Assembly (NCBI GenBank): GCA_018067265.1
Contig: JAGPUY010000432.1
Coordinates: 1-12,204, forward strand
Reading direction: 5' to 3'
Source of the DNA: Oceanihabitans sp.
GTDB lineage: Bacteria > Bacteroidota > Bacteroidia > Flavobacteriales > Flavobacteriaceae
DNA: 12,204 bases
In this document: piece by piece, positions 1-8,037 of the stretch
How positions within the stretch are numbered: position 1 is the stretch's first letter
Layout of the letters: the number at the start of each line of letters is the position of its first letter
Notes under the pieces: model-generated
The model's database searches: none
What the model was told of the DNA's origin: nothing
Seen by the model: only the letters and a program-made list of their open reading frames with translations
Made by a program: the position numbers and the translations under genes

Positions 1-1065
1 GTTTGGGTAGATTATGATAATGATGGCGATTCCGATATGTTTATTGCTAAATGTAGAGGTGGAAATGTAACCCATAAAATAAATGAACTTTGGCGTAATG
101 ATGGAAACGGTGTATTTACCAATGTTGCTGCCAATCCAGGTGTAAACCTTGCCGATCCTGTGCAAACTTGGTCTTCTGCTTGGGCAGATTATGACAATGA
201 TGGAGATATGGATGCATACATAGGTGCAAGTTCAAGTTCTGATGGCGCCCACAAATACATGTTAAATGATGGAGATGGTACTTTTACATACGCTACCGCT
301 CCTAGTGGTGCCCCGTACGGTATTGAAAATGCGCCAGCAGATTTCAATAATGATGGGTATGTAGATATTCTATCCAACGGTAGAATCTTACTAAATAATG
401 GCGATAATACGTTTACGGTTCTAAATACAGGAATGCCACCTAGTGGCGCAATTGGGGACCTTAACAATGATGGTTTTTTAGATGTATTTACAAGAACAAA
501 TAATTCAGGTGCACTTTATATAAACAATCCTAACGAAAACAATTGGATTAAAATAAGAACACAAGGAACTCTAAGTAACTATAATGGTATTGGTGCTAGA
601 GTTGAAATAGTTTCCGCTCTTGGAACACAAATTAGAGATGTAAGAAGTGGGGAAGGATTTGAATTTATGAGCAGTCTAAACTCACATTTTGGTATTGGTA
701 CCGATACCGAAATTACAAGCCTAACCATTAAATGGCCTTCTGGAACAGTAGATGTAATTTTTAATCCAAATATTAATGAAACCATCACAGCTATTGAAGG
801 AGACAGCCCTCTTAGTATAAATAATAACACACTAGAAGAAGATCTTGTTATTTATCCAAACCCAGCAAAAGATATGGTTACTATAAGTTCTTCCATAGCA
901 TTAAACAATGCCGTATATACGATTTATGATATTACTGGAAAACAAATTTTAAACGATAACTTAAATTCAAATACCATTAATGTTTCCAAACTAAATTCCG
1001 GTATATATATATTAAAAGTATCCGTAAACGGAAAAAACAAAACACAAAAATTAATAAAGGAATAA
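1..1065 (+). CDS. Secreted FG-GAP / ASPIC-UnbV (CRTAC1-like) repeat protein with T9SS C-terminal sorting domain; 5'-partial (reading frame is open from base 1)
   Basis: Frame 1 is open from the window start (VWVDYDNDGDSDMFIAK...), so the M at 37 is internal. Repeated DxDxDGxxD FG-GAP-type calcium-binding motifs (DYDNDGDMD, DFNNDGYVD, DLNNDGFLD). An UnbV/ASPIC-like block (NWIKIRTQG...GIGARVEIVSALGTQIRDVRSGEGFEFMSSLNSHFGIG). The last ~75 aa (LVIYPNPAKDMVTISSS...GIYILKVSVNGKNKTQKLIKE) match the T9SS Por_Secre_tail pattern. Confidence 0.8.
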   Translation, partial: VWVDYDNDGDSDMFIAKCRGGNVTHKINELWRNDGNGVFTNVAANPGVNLADPVQTWSSAWADYDNDGDMDAYIGASSSSDGAHKYMLNDGDGTFTYATAPSGAPYGIENAPADFNNDGYVDILSNGRILLNNGDNTFTVLNTGMPPSGAIGDLNNDGFLDVFTRTNNSGALYINNPNENNWIKIRTQGTLSNYNGIGARVEIVSALGTQIRDVRSGEGFEFMSSLNSHFGIGTDTEITSLTIKWPSGTVDVIFNPNINETITAIEGDSPLSINNNTLEEDLVIYPNPAKDMVTISSSIALNNAVYTIYDITGKQILNDNLNSNTINVSKLNSGIYILKVSVNGKNKTQKLIKE

Positions 1066-1084
1066 AACGATAAATCTTTCTTAA

Positions 1085-1117
1085 AAGCTCTACTATTCAT
1101 TTATTAGAGCTTTTTTT
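1085..1117 (+). terminator. Rho-independent terminator downstream of the FG-GAP gene
   Basis: Perfect 8-bp inverted repeat AAGCTCTA(1085-1092)/TAGAGCTT(1105-1112) with a 12-nt loop, followed directly by T7 (1111-1117). Confidence 0.7.
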
Positions 1118-1152
1118 ATGCTATTTTTATAGCAATTTAAATTTCACTTAAA

Positions 1153-3324
1153 ATGAAAAAAATAACCCTTTGTTTAATTACACTTATTACTATAATGGCT
1201 TGTAAATCTGTGAAAAAAGTTCAAAAAGAAAGAAATATAACGATTAACTACCCAGAAACTAAAAAAGCAGATACCGTTACCAACTATTTTGGTGTAGATG
1301 TAAAAGATCCTTACCGTTGGCTTGAAGACGATAAAAGTAAAGAAACAGAAGATTGGGTAAAGGCACAAAACCAATCTACATTCGGTTATTTAGACCATAT
1401 TCCATATCGAAAAGAACTAAAAGAACGTCTTGAAAAACTTTGGAATTACGAAAAAGTAGGCGCTCCTTTTACCGAAGGAGATTACACTTATTTTTATAAA
1501 AATGATGGTTTACAAAACCAATATGTCATTTACAGACATGAAAAAGGAAGTAATCCAGATACTGCTGAGGTATTTCTAGATCCTAACAATTTTTCGGAGG
1601 ATGGAACCGTTTCTTTAGGAGGAACAAGTTTTTCAAAAGACGGAAAAACACTAGCCTATGCAATTTCTGAAGGCGGAAGCGATTGGAGAAAAGTTTTGAT
1701 CCTGAATACCGAAACAAAAGAGATTATGGAAGACACTTTAGTAGATATTAAATTTAGCGGTATGTCTTGGTTTAAAAACGAAGGTTTCTATTATTCTAGT
1801 TACGACAAACCTAAGGGAAGCGAACTTTCGGCTAAAACAGATCAGCATAAAGTATACTATCACAAACTTGGTACTCCTCAAAAAGAAGATGCGCTTATTT
1901 TTGGTGGTATACCTTCCGAAAAACATAGATATATCTACGGAACCGTTACAGAAGACAATAAGTACTTGCTAATTTCCCCAAGAGTTTCAACTTCCGGAAA
2001 CAAACTTTACATCAAAGATTTATCCAATCCAAACAATCCGTTAGTCACCATTTTAGAGCATACTGATAGTGACACCTACGTTATCGATAATATTGGTAGC
2101 AAGCTCTTTTTAGTAACGAATCTTAATGCGCCTAATAAAAAAATAGTAACGGTAGATGCTGCAAACCCTACACCAGAAAACTGGAAAGATTTTATTCCGG
2201 AAACGGAGTATGTTTTAAGTCCGTCTAAAGGTGGTGGATATTTCTTTACAGAATATATGGTAGATGCTATTTCTAAAGTAAAACAATATGACTACGACGG
2301 AAAATTCATAAGAGACATTCAACTTCCAGGAGTAGGAAATGCTGGTGGATTCGGCGGAAAAAAAGAAGAGAAAACAGATTATTTTTCCTTTACCAACTAC
2401 AATACACCATCTAGTATTTATACATTGAATGTAGATACTGGCGCGTCTGAATTATACTGGAAACCGAGTATAGATTTCAATCCAGAAGACTATATCAGCA
2501 AGCAAGTATTTTACAACTCTAAGGATGGTACCAAAGTACCAATGATAATTACCCACAAAAAAGGAGTAGAACTAAACGGTAAAAACCCAACCATTCTTTA
2601 TGGTTACGGCGGATTTAATGTGAGTTTAAATCCATCTTTTAGTATTACTAATGCCGTTTGGATGGAACAAGGCGGCGTTTATGCGGTTCCAAATCTTCGT
2701 GGTGGTGGCGAATACGGAAAAGAATGGCATAAAGCAGGAACGCAATTAAAAAAACAAAATGTCTTTGATGATTTTATTGCCGCTGCAGAATATCTAATAG
2801 CAAACAATTATACTTCTAGTGATTATTTAGCAATTCGCGGTGGTTCTAATGGTGGTTTACTAGTTGGTGCAACGATGACGCAACGTCCAGATTTAATGAA
2901 AGTAGCATTACCAGCAGTTGGTGTTTTAGATATGTTACGTTACCACACATTTACAGCTGGAGCAGGTTGGGCTTATGATTACGGAACCGCAGAAGACAAC
3001 AAAGAAATGTTTGAATATCTTAAAGGCTATTCACCGGTACACAATGTAAAAGAAGGCGTACAATATCCAGCAACCATGGTAACCACAGGAGATCATGATG
3101 ATCGCGTGGTACCAGCACACAGCTTTAAATTTGCAGCAGAATTACAAGACAAGCAAACAGGAAATAATCCTACATTAATTAGAATTGAAACCGATGCAGG
3201 TCATGGCGCTGGAACTCCGGTTAGTAAAACCATTGAGCAATATGCAGATATTTTCGGATTTACATTATACAATATGGGATTTGATGTGCTACCAAGTAAA
3301 ATGAAAGAAAAAATAAAAGGATAA
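1153..3324 (+). CDS. Prolyl oligopeptidase (peptidase S9A family) lipoprotein
   Basis: 723 aa. N-terminal lipoprotein signal ([19 protein letters not shown], Cys after the hydrophobic core). N-terminal beta-propeller region. C-terminal alpha/beta hydrolase with the GGSNGG nucleophile-serine motif ([14 protein letters not shown]), then Asp (TTGDHDDRV) and His (TDAGHGAG), which is typical of the S9 catalytic triad order Ser-Asp-His. Confidence 0.9.
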   Translation: MKKITLCLITLITIMACKSVKKVQKERNITINYPETKKADTVTNYFGVDVKDPYRWLEDDKSKETEDWVKAQNQSTFGYLDHIPYRKELKERLEKLWNYEKVGAPFTEGDYTYFYKNDGLQNQYVIYRHEKGSNPDTAEVFLDPNNFSEDGTVSLGGTSFSKDGKTLAYAISEGGSDWRKVLILNTETKEIMEDTLVDIKFSGMSWFKNEGFYYSSYDKPKGSELSAKTDQHKVYYHKLGTPQKEDALIFGGIPSEKHRYIYGTVTEDNKYLLISPRVSTSGNKLYIKDLSNPNNPLVTILEHTDSDTYVIDNIGSKLFLVTNLNAPNKKIVTVDAANPTPENWKDFIPETEYVLSPSKGGGYFFTEYMVDAISKVKQYDYDGKFIRDIQLPGVGNAGGFGGKKEEKTDYFSFTNYNTPSSIYTLNVDTGASELYWKPSIDFNPEDYISKQVFYNSKDGTKVPMIITHKKGVELNGKNPTILYGYGGFNVSLNPSFSITNAVWMEQGGVYAVPNLRGGGEYGKEWHKAGTQLKKQNVFDDFIAAAEYLIANNYTSSDYLAIRGGSNGGLLVGATMTQRPDLMKVALPAVGVLDMLRYHTFTAGAGWAYDYGTAEDNKEMFEYLKGYSPVHNVKEGVQYPATMVTTGDHDDRVVPAHSFKFAAELQDKQTGNNPTLIRIETDAGHGAGTPVSKTIEQYADIFGFTLYNMGFDVLPSKMKEKIKG

Positions 3325-3407
3325 CTATTATAGTATACTACTCGCATTTAGCTTCCGAAACTTTAGCCAAGGTAGTATCGAAGTGTCTATTTTAATTTAA
3401 TAGTACT

Positions 3408-3442
3408 AAAACCGTTCTTCTTAAAAGTTGCGCGGTTTTTTT
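3408..3442 (+). terminator. Probable terminator after the prolyl oligopeptidase gene (A-tract/stem/T-tract, possibly bidirectional)
   Basis: AAAACCG...CGCGGTTTTTTT. Imperfect stem AACCG(3410-3414)/CGGTT(3433-3437) followed by T7. It shares the TTCTTAAAAG motif with the region just upstream of the 1085 terminator. Confidence 0.4.
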
Positions 3443-3446
3443 ATGG

Positions 3447-3454
3447 TATTTTTG
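3447..3454 (+). promoter_or_regulatory. Bacteroidota sigma-A type -7 element (TAnnTTTG) for the ABC ATPase gene
   Basis: TATTTTTG at 3447-3454 matches the TAnnTTTG consensus exactly. A TTG sits ~19 nt upstream (3428-3430). The ATG at 3459 follows within ~5 nt, implying a leaderless or near-leaderless mRNA, which is common in Bacteroidota. Confidence 0.4.
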
Positions 3455-3458
3455 CAAA

Positions 3459-4370
3459 ATGCTGCAAGTAAAAAACATCTCCTTTTCTTACAATAAAACT
3501 CCTGTTCTAAAGGATATTTCCTTTACCGTAAAACCTGGAGAACACCTTTCTATTATTGGTGAAAGTGGGTCTGGAAAAAGCACTTTACTAAAAGTGCTAT
3601 ACGGACAATATGATATAGAAAAAGGAAACATTTTTTGGAAAGACGAAGAGATTCTTGGACCAAAACACAATCTAGTTATTGGTTATAATTTCATGAAATA
3701 CGTAGCGCAAGAATTTGATTTGATGCCATTTATTTCTGTCGAAGAAAATATAGGGAAGTTTCTGTCTCGTTTTTATCCGGAAGAAAAACAAAAACGTGTC
3801 GCAGAATTAATGAAGGTTGTAGAGCTTACCAAGGTTGCAAAAACCAAAGTGAAGTTGCTTAGTGGCGGACAAAAACAACGTGTTGCCCTTGCAAGAGCTT
3901 TAGCAAAACAACCTGAAATTATTTTACTGGATGAACCTTTTAGTCATATCGATAATTTTAAAAAACAATCCCTTCGTAGAAGTGTTTTTAAATATTTAAA
4001 AGAAAATAATATTGCCTGTATTGTTGCCACACACGACAAAGAAGATGTATTGGGTCATGCCGATAAAATGATTGTTTTAAACAACCACAAAATAGCCGTT
4101 AACGCCAGTCCGGAAAACTTATACCTAAACCCAAAAACACCTTTAGTCGCTTCCTTTTTTGGAGAATTTAATGTGATAGATGATCAGATTATTTATGCGC
4201 ATCAATTGCAAGTAGTGGAACAATCCGATTTAGAAGTAATCGTTAAACAATCCTATTTTAAAGGGAATTGTTATTTAGTAGAAGCAGATTGGAATGGTGA
4301 AACTCTTTTTTTTGAACATCCTTCAGCGGTTATCGAAAACGAAAAAATACTTCTAAAAATAGCATTATAA
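3459..4370 (+). CDS. ABC transporter ATP-binding protein (PotA/FbpC-like, C-terminal TOBE-like domain); no permease gene adjacent
   Basis: Walker A GESGSGKST, ABC signature LSGGQKQRVALARAL, Walker B ILLDEPFSHID, and H-loop ATHD. The ~80-aa C-terminal extension is typical of importer ATPases. Confidence 0.85.
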   Translation: MLQVKNISFSYNKTPVLKDISFTVKPGEHLSIIGESGSGKSTLLKVLYGQYDIEKGNIFWKDEEILGPKHNLVIGYNFMKYVAQEFDLMPFISVEENIGKFLSRFYPEEKQKRVAELMKVVELTKVAKTKVKLLSGGQKQRVALARALAKQPEIILLDEPFSHIDNFKKQSLRRSVFKYLKENNIACIVATHDKEDVLGHADKMIVLNNHKIAVNASPENLYLNPKTPLVASFFGEFNVIDDQIIYAHQLQVVEQSDLEVIVKQSYFKGNCYLVEADWNGETLFFEHPSAVIENEKILLKIAL

Positions 4371-6086
4371 ATTCACTCTTTCTGCATACCGCAAGCCATT
4401 AGGTAATTCCATAGATGAAAATTCTAAATGTAAAACACGTCTTCTTTGTTGTGTTTGCGTTTCCGAAGAAGCATGTAATAAGAATGGTTTTATTAATTGT
4501 ACGCCGCCAGCTGCGACTTCACTTACAAAAGGAATGGAGTTGTTTACAATCAACTTAATTTCTGCATCCCTTAATCTTTTATTTTGGGATCCAGGAATGA
4601 CTTTTAATGCACCATTTTTAATCGTTGTATCGTCTAAATGAATTCGCATGGAAAACGTGTTTTTAGATATTTCTTCTGTCGGACAAACACTAATCACACC
4701 CTTTTTATTAGTCCAAGATGTAAAACCTTCTGTTTCTTTTTTCTCAGTCACATTAATCGGCACATCTTGATGCCAAGTCACATACCAATTATCTTTTGGC
4801 GACTTATCAAAATAAATAGCTTTGGTTAAAAACATTCCTTTGCCAATAGATTTTATTAGTTTTTTAAAATTCTTATTAAACAAAATCTCTTTTATTTCTG
4901 GCATTTTATGCAACACTTCGCGCATACCAAAAGCTTGCTCATCATGCTCTCTAATATAGGTGTCTAACCGAGCTTTTAATTTTCGAATATCCCGTTTTGT
5001 ATACACATGATTTAAAATTCCATAGCCTTTATATGCCAATCGTTTTGCAATGGTTCTCAAATTCTTGTCATTAATTTCCGTTTCATAAGCATCTACAGCA
5101 TCGCACAAACGTTCTTTAATATTTCTTTTTAAACGTTCTGGGGCAATCACTTTTATGCCTTCGCCAAGACCTAAAATTTCTTTTTCTAATTCAAAATTAA
5201 GCTGCACATCTAAAGAAATAGTTACACCGTAATTATCGCGATTCACTTCTTTTTGTGAAGCGTGAAAAGGCTTTGTTAACACATAAGGTGCCTGTTTGTG
5301 ATTTACATAAAGTAACACTTTTTCTGGTTCTAAATTTGGACTTACAGAAACACCAATTGCATTTTTATAATAGGTTTCTGTATTAAAGGTTTCATCTAAA
5401 ACAAAGGCCTTTTCACTTTTATTAATAGCGATTATTCTATCTAAAGCCAAGTTCATTAAGCCTTCGTTTTTAAGTCGCTTTCCTATAACAAACCATCGGT
5501 TTCTAAACTCTTTTAGCAAATACGGATGAAAGGTAAAAGTGCTTTCGTGACGCGCTTTAAAAGATTGATACGTAATGTCTATAGCTTCCTTTTTCAGAAT
5601 AAATTGATACAAGGTGTCTAAAAACTTTAATCCTTTTAAGTTTTCATTTTTCTCGAAATCTATTAACGATTTCTCTTGTGTTTTTTGCGTGTATACATGA
5701 TCTTCTAATTTCTGAACCATACTTCCTAACTCCTCAAAATGCGAAAAACCTTGAAACTGTTTTAAAAAAGAAACTGCTTCTGAAAGCTTACTTAAATCTT
5801 GATTAGAAATCGGACTATTCGTAATACTATAATCTTCATCTTCGTATTTATAATATTTTCTATCATATACTTTTATTGGCGCATTATATCCCAACTTATC
5901 ACTTCGCATCATTTGCAAGTCTAGTTGTACTGTGCGTTTACTAACATCTACGTCCTTGCCTTCATACTCGTAAAGTGCATCCGAAACTGCTTCAATTAAA
6001 TCGTTAAGTGTCCATTGTCTAAAATTATTTTGAAGACATTTATCTATGGTTTTATATCGAATTAATGCGTTTTTATTGACTGCCAT
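4365..6086 (-). CDS. wHTH-WYL domain regulator fused to a C-terminal PhyH-family Fe(II)/2-oxoglutarate dioxygenase domain
   Basis: 573 aa in one frame. N-terminal DNA-binding-like region (MAVNKNALIRYKTIDKCLQ...TLNDLIEAVSD...SKRTVQLDLQMM). WYL signature (FHPYLLKEFRNRWFVIGKRL...LALDRIIAI). C-terminal ~240 aa carry PhyH/EctD-like motifs: WHQD (HxD iron ligands), IHLDDTTIKNGALKVIPGSQ, and a distal LHASS...RRRVLHLEF (second His and 2OG-binding Arg). The last 6 nt overlap convergently with the ABC ATPase stop. Confidence 0.8.
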   Translation of the reverse strand: MAVNKNALIRYKTIDKCLQNNFRQWTLNDLIEAVSDALYEYEGKDVDVSKRTVQLDLQMMRSDKLGYNAPIKVYDRKYYKYEDEDYSITNSPISNQDLSKLSEAVSFLKQFQGFSHFEELGSMVQKLEDHVYTQKTQEKSLIDFEKNENLKGLKFLDTLYQFILKKEAIDITYQSFKARHESTFTFHPYLLKEFRNRWFVIGKRLKNEGLMNLALDRIIAINKSEKAFVLDETFNTETYYKNAIGVSVSPNLEPEKVLLYVNHKQAPYVLTKPFHASQKEVNRDNYGVTISLDVQLNFELEKEILGLGEGIKVIAPERLKRNIKERLCDAVDAYETEINDKNLRTIAKRLAYKGYGILNHVYTKRDIRKLKARLDTYIREHDEQAFGMREVLHKMPEIKEILFNKNFKKLIKSIGKGMFLTKAIYFDKSPKDNWYVTWHQDVPINVTEKKETEGFTSWTNKKGVISVCPTEEISKNTFSMRIHLDDTTIKNGALKVIPGSQNKRLRDAEIKLIVNNSIPFVSEVAAGGVQLIKPFLLHASSETQTQQRRRVLHLEFSSMELPNGLRYAERVNL

Positions 6087-6124
6087 ATTCTTAAGTTTTT
6101 AAGCGGAATTAAAAATAAAAAATT

Positions 6125-6145
6125 ACTACGCAAAAGCTCTGCGTA
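6125..6145. repeat. Palindromic intergenic repeat, family 1 copy (ACTACGCA-AAAGCTC-TGCGTA)
   Basis: TACGCA(6127-6132)/TGCGTA(6140-6145) inverted repeat with a 7-nt spacer. It has the same ACTACGCAAAA... head as the copies at 7179 and 10605. Confidence 0.6.
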
Positions 6146-6452
6146 AACACAAAAAAAATCAAAATAGGATAGATTTTAAATTAATCCTTACTTTTTTCAA
6201 AAAAATATAATACTTCGTATTATGCGATCCAATTTTAAGTGCTTTGAAAATTAAATTTGGAAAAGTCGAAAATAAAATTAGATATTTGCAGCGCAATGTC
6301 GTGTTAACCACAGTCAAAGCACAACCAAAATTTAGAATTAATAATTAGAAACTATGCGTTTATTTATAACATATCCAATCGATCCTAAAGGAATACCTCC
6401 TTTGGTGATGCTTCGTGATTATCGTTAGATAAACGTTTCCATTTTATAAATG

Positions 6453-6492
6453 AAAAACCCGAAGCAACTTAAAAACTGTTTCGGGTTTTTTG
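6453..6492 (+). terminator. Rho-independent terminator-like hairpin in a long intergenic region (possibly bidirectional)
   Basis: AAAAACCCGAAG...CTGTTTCGGGTTTTTTGTTTT. Stem CCCGAA(6458-6463)/TTCGGG(6480-6485), extendable with A:T pairs, followed by T6. The A-tract on the 5' side allows function on either strand. It lies 25 nt downstream of a 24-codon ORF (6355-6429). Confidence 0.5.
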
Positions 6493-6556
6493 TTTTCAGA
6501 CCTTAGCAAACCTGCTAAACACATTTCCAAAAACAGTTATAAAAAAGAATCGTATT

Positions 6557-6584
6557 GTCATGCTGAGCTTGTCGAAGCATCTCC
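6557..6584. repeat. GTCATGCTGAGCTTGTCGAAGCATCTCC motif, resembling the short GC-rich intergenic repeat class widespread in Bacteroidota (...TGAGCG.AGTCGAAG...)
   Basis: A GC-rich island in AT-rich intergenic DNA. ATGCT/AGCAT 5-bp inverted ends around GAGCTTGTCGA. Called from memory of similar motifs, not from a search. Confidence 0.25.
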
Positions 6585-6607
6585 ATACGTTCAAAACTTA
6601 AATGACG

Positions 6608-6626
6608 TCCTGAAATAAATTCAGGA
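6608..6626. repeat. Palindrome family 2 copy (TCCTGAA-ATAAA-TTCAGGA), 18 nt upstream of the 6644 ATG
   Basis: Perfect 7-bp arms TCCTGAA(6608-6614)/TTCAGGA(6620-6626) with a 5-nt spacer. The same arms recur at 10660-10680. Confidence 0.6.
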
Positions 6627-6643
6627 TAAAAAAAACCAAAATA

Positions 6644-7174
6644 ATGGACACGAATTTGTTAAACAACTACGTGCTTAAAGCTATAGATGCTTATCCATAC
6701 GAATTAGAAGAAACCGTAGAAAATCTAAACTACGCCTTGTCTTACGAAAGCAATAATGCCTACGCCTTATTTTTAATGGCACGTTTACAAGCGGAACAAT
6801 TTGGAGACTACGAAAAAGCAAAGCAGTATTTCGCGGAAGCTTTAGCTAATAAAATGGATTTTCAAAGAGTATATCCAAAATACATACAAGTATTACTGGA
6901 TAATGAGGATTTAGTGGAAGCCAAAAAACTAATCGATTTTGCCCTAACCGTAAAAGGCATAGATAAAGGTGCTATTTGGGAGAAACAAGGCCAACTTTTT
7001 GAAATAAAACAAAAGTATAAAGCAGCAATTAAAGCACTAAAAAAAGCAAAACAATTTGGATTTAACACCGATTTTATAAGCTATATAGATTCTGAAATTT
7101 CTAGAAACAAAAGCAAACTAAAACCTAAGAAGAAAAAATCTAAAGGCAAAAAAAAGAAGAAAAAGAAAAAATAA
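6644..7174 (+). CDS. TPR-like helical repeat protein with a C-terminal poly-lysine tail
   Basis: 176 aa. TPR-like segments (YALFLMARLQAEQFGDYEKAKQYFAEALA). The C-terminus is KPKKKKSKGKKKKKKKK, encoded by a long A/G homopurine tract (7131-7171). Confidence 0.6.
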   Translation: MDTNLLNNYVLKAIDAYPYELEETVENLNYALSYESNNAYALFLMARLQAEQFGDYEKAKQYFAEALANKMDFQRVYPKYIQVLLDNEDLVEAKKLIDFALTVKGIDKGAIWEKQGQLFEIKQKYKAAIKALKKAKQFGFNTDFISYIDSEISRNKSKLKPKKKKSKGKKKKKKKK

Positions 7175-7178
7175 TTTT

Positions 7179-7199
7179 ACTACGCAAAAACATTGCGCA
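7179..7199. repeat. Palindromic intergenic repeat, family 1 copy (ACTACGCAA-AAACA-TTGCGCA), directly after the stop of the 6644 gene
   Basis: TACGCAA(7181-7187)/TTGCGCA(7193-7199) with one mismatch relative to a perfect palindrome. It is followed by ...AATATTTGCAG (a -7-like TTTG element) ~10 nt downstream, the same arrangement as at 10605-10641. Confidence 0.6.
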
Positions 7200-7265
7200 A
7201 TAGCGTGGAATATTTGCAGAGTAATTAGTAAGAAGCTTTTTTTGGAATCAGGCTTCTACAGAAAT

Positions 7266-7294
7266 ACTCCACCAGACGAGGAAGCTGGTGGAGT
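7266..7294 (+). promoter_or_regulatory. Perfect 10-bp stem hairpin (ACTCCACCAG / CTGGTGGAGT) in the leader of the small ORF at 7313; function unknown (attenuator or terminator without a strong U-tract)
   Basis: ACTCCACCAG(7266-7275), loop ACGAGGAAG, CTGGTGGAGT(7285-7294). GC-rich relative to its surroundings. A second hairpin AGAAGC(7224-7229)/GCTTCT(7244-7249) lies just upstream. Confidence 0.4.
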
Positions 7295-7312
7295 TTAATA
7301 AAAGAGAAAAAT

Positions 7313-7618
7313 ATGAAAACAAATGGAACATTTAAATCAGATACTTTTCTGAATAAAAATTTAGAGTTTTGGAAGGCTTTAGAAATAGTATGTGTTGTTG
7401 AATGTTGTGGAATTGATGCTTTTGACTTTAGCAAAGAAACAATTCAAAAGAAGATATTAGATTACAATGAATTAGACATCATTTACAATATTGAATCATT
7501 AATCTATGAAATAGATAATTCAAAATTGGATAGAATATCTAGCTATCTATTTCATGTTTATGAAGACAAAAACATATTTAAAAACAGAATGAATAGAATC
7601 TTAATAGCTTTAAAATGA
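7313..7618 (+). CDS. Small hypothetical protein (101 aa) with a CVVECCG cysteine cluster, immediately upstream of the tRNA-like array
   Basis: Intact ORF with coding-like periodicity, very AT-rich, and no recognisable domain. Confidence 0.45.
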   Translation: MKTNGTFKSDTFLNKNLEFWKALEIVCVVECCGIDAFDFSKETIQKKILDYNELDIIYNIESLIYEIDNSKLDRISSYLFHVYEDKNIFKNRMNRILIALK

Positions 7619-7642
7619 AACTCAAAAAAATAACGATTAGAT

Positions 7643-7694
7643 GTTTACTCGCATTGTAAACGAGAGTTTGCAGGTTCAAGTCCTGCTTCTCAAA
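7643..7694 (+). ncRNA. tRNA-like module A: anticodon-type hairpin (loop ATTGTAA; U33, UGU, A37) + 5-nt variable + T-arm GCAGG-TTCAAGT-CCTGC + 3' strand TTCTCAA; no matching 5' acceptor/D-arm upstream
   Basis: Stem CTCG(C)(7648-7652)/ (A)CGAG(7660-7664), with a 7-nt loop that has a canonical U33/A37 layout. T-arm at 7670-7686 with a TTCAAGT loop. The upstream sequence does not form a D-arm or pair with the 3' strand. Confidence 0.35.
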
Positions 7695-7700
7695 CAAAAC

Positions 7701-7838
7701 GGAAGCATGGAGCAATTGGTTGGCTCTCCTGACTGAAATGCCTTTTTAGGCATTCAACGATTCCTATTTAAAAAATAGAAATCATTGAGTTAAAATTAGG
7801 TCTTTTAAAGCTTGTAGGTTCGAGTCCTACTGCTTCCA
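7701..7838 (+). ncRNA. tRNA-like module B: acceptor 5' GGAAGCA + U8 + D-arm GAGC-AATTGGTTG-GCTC, then an 86-nt insert of hairpins in place of the anticodon arm, then T-arm GTAGG-TTCGAGT-CCTAC + acceptor 3' TGCTTCC (7/7 pairs with 7701-7707) + A
   Basis: The D-arm has U8, A14 and G18G19. The T-loop is TTCGAGT. The acceptor strands are perfectly complementary but 130 nt apart. The insert (7728-7813) holds three hairpins (AATGCCT/AGGCATT; CTATTT/AAATAG; TTAAAA-TTAGGTC-TTTTAA). 138 nt is too long for a tRNA and too short for a group I intron. Confidence 0.4.
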
Positions 7839-7971
7839 CATCAAGCGAGTCTTGTTAAGTGTTTCGGTATAGCACTATTGTATAAATCCTTGCGGTTTCG
7901 CATAAGGTTTTTATATCCAACTTGACTTGAAGGCTTTGGTTATTAGCCAAATAATAACCACATCTATCTAC

Positions 7972-8024
7972 ACAGGTTCGAATCCTGTCTTCATTAATTT
8001 GAAGTAGCTAAGTCTGGTTAAGCA
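7972..8024 (+). ncRNA. tRNA-like module C (permuted topology): T-arm ACAGG-TTCGAAT-CCTGT, then 3' acceptor strand CTTCA looped by TTAATT onto 5' strand TGAAG, then TA(8-9), then D-arm GCT-AAGTCTGGTTA-AGC
   Basis: The T-loop is TTCGAAT. The acceptor stem is a closed hairpin (5 bp, 6-nt loop). The D-arm has U8, A14 and GG. The order T-arm, acc3', loop, acc5', D-arm is that of a circularly permuted tRNA with a capped acceptor. Confidence 0.45.
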
Positions 8025-8037
8025 ATAGATTCAATAT

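Noticed and set aside
189-467. Antisense ORFs inside larger genes (189-467, 579-830, 1174-1374, 1738-1926, 3488-3670, 4638-4829, 6862-7068, 7225-7434, 9188-9511, 10822-11064, 11653-11853)
   Set aside because: Each lies wholly within, and antisense to (or out of frame with), a long ORF with clear domain content. They have no start context of their own and are typical six-frame noise in AT-rich DNA.
3459-6086. ABC ATPase and WYL-oxygenase as a functional pair
   Set aside because: They are convergent and share only a 6-nt stop overlap. No permease or substrate-binding gene is present, and nothing in the sequence supports coupling.
7643-7694. Canonical tRNA-Thr(UGU) gene
   Set aside because: The anticodon hairpin, variable loop and T-arm are fine, but the upstream 30 nt cannot form a D-arm, and CAAAAAA does not pair with the 3' strand TTCTCAA. 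The hypothetical acceptor would also start with U, not G.
7701-7838. Module B as an intron-containing tRNA
   Set aside because: A 138-nt total leaves a ~65-nt insert. Bacterial tRNA introns are group I and far longer. No anticodon stem can be formed flanking the insert.
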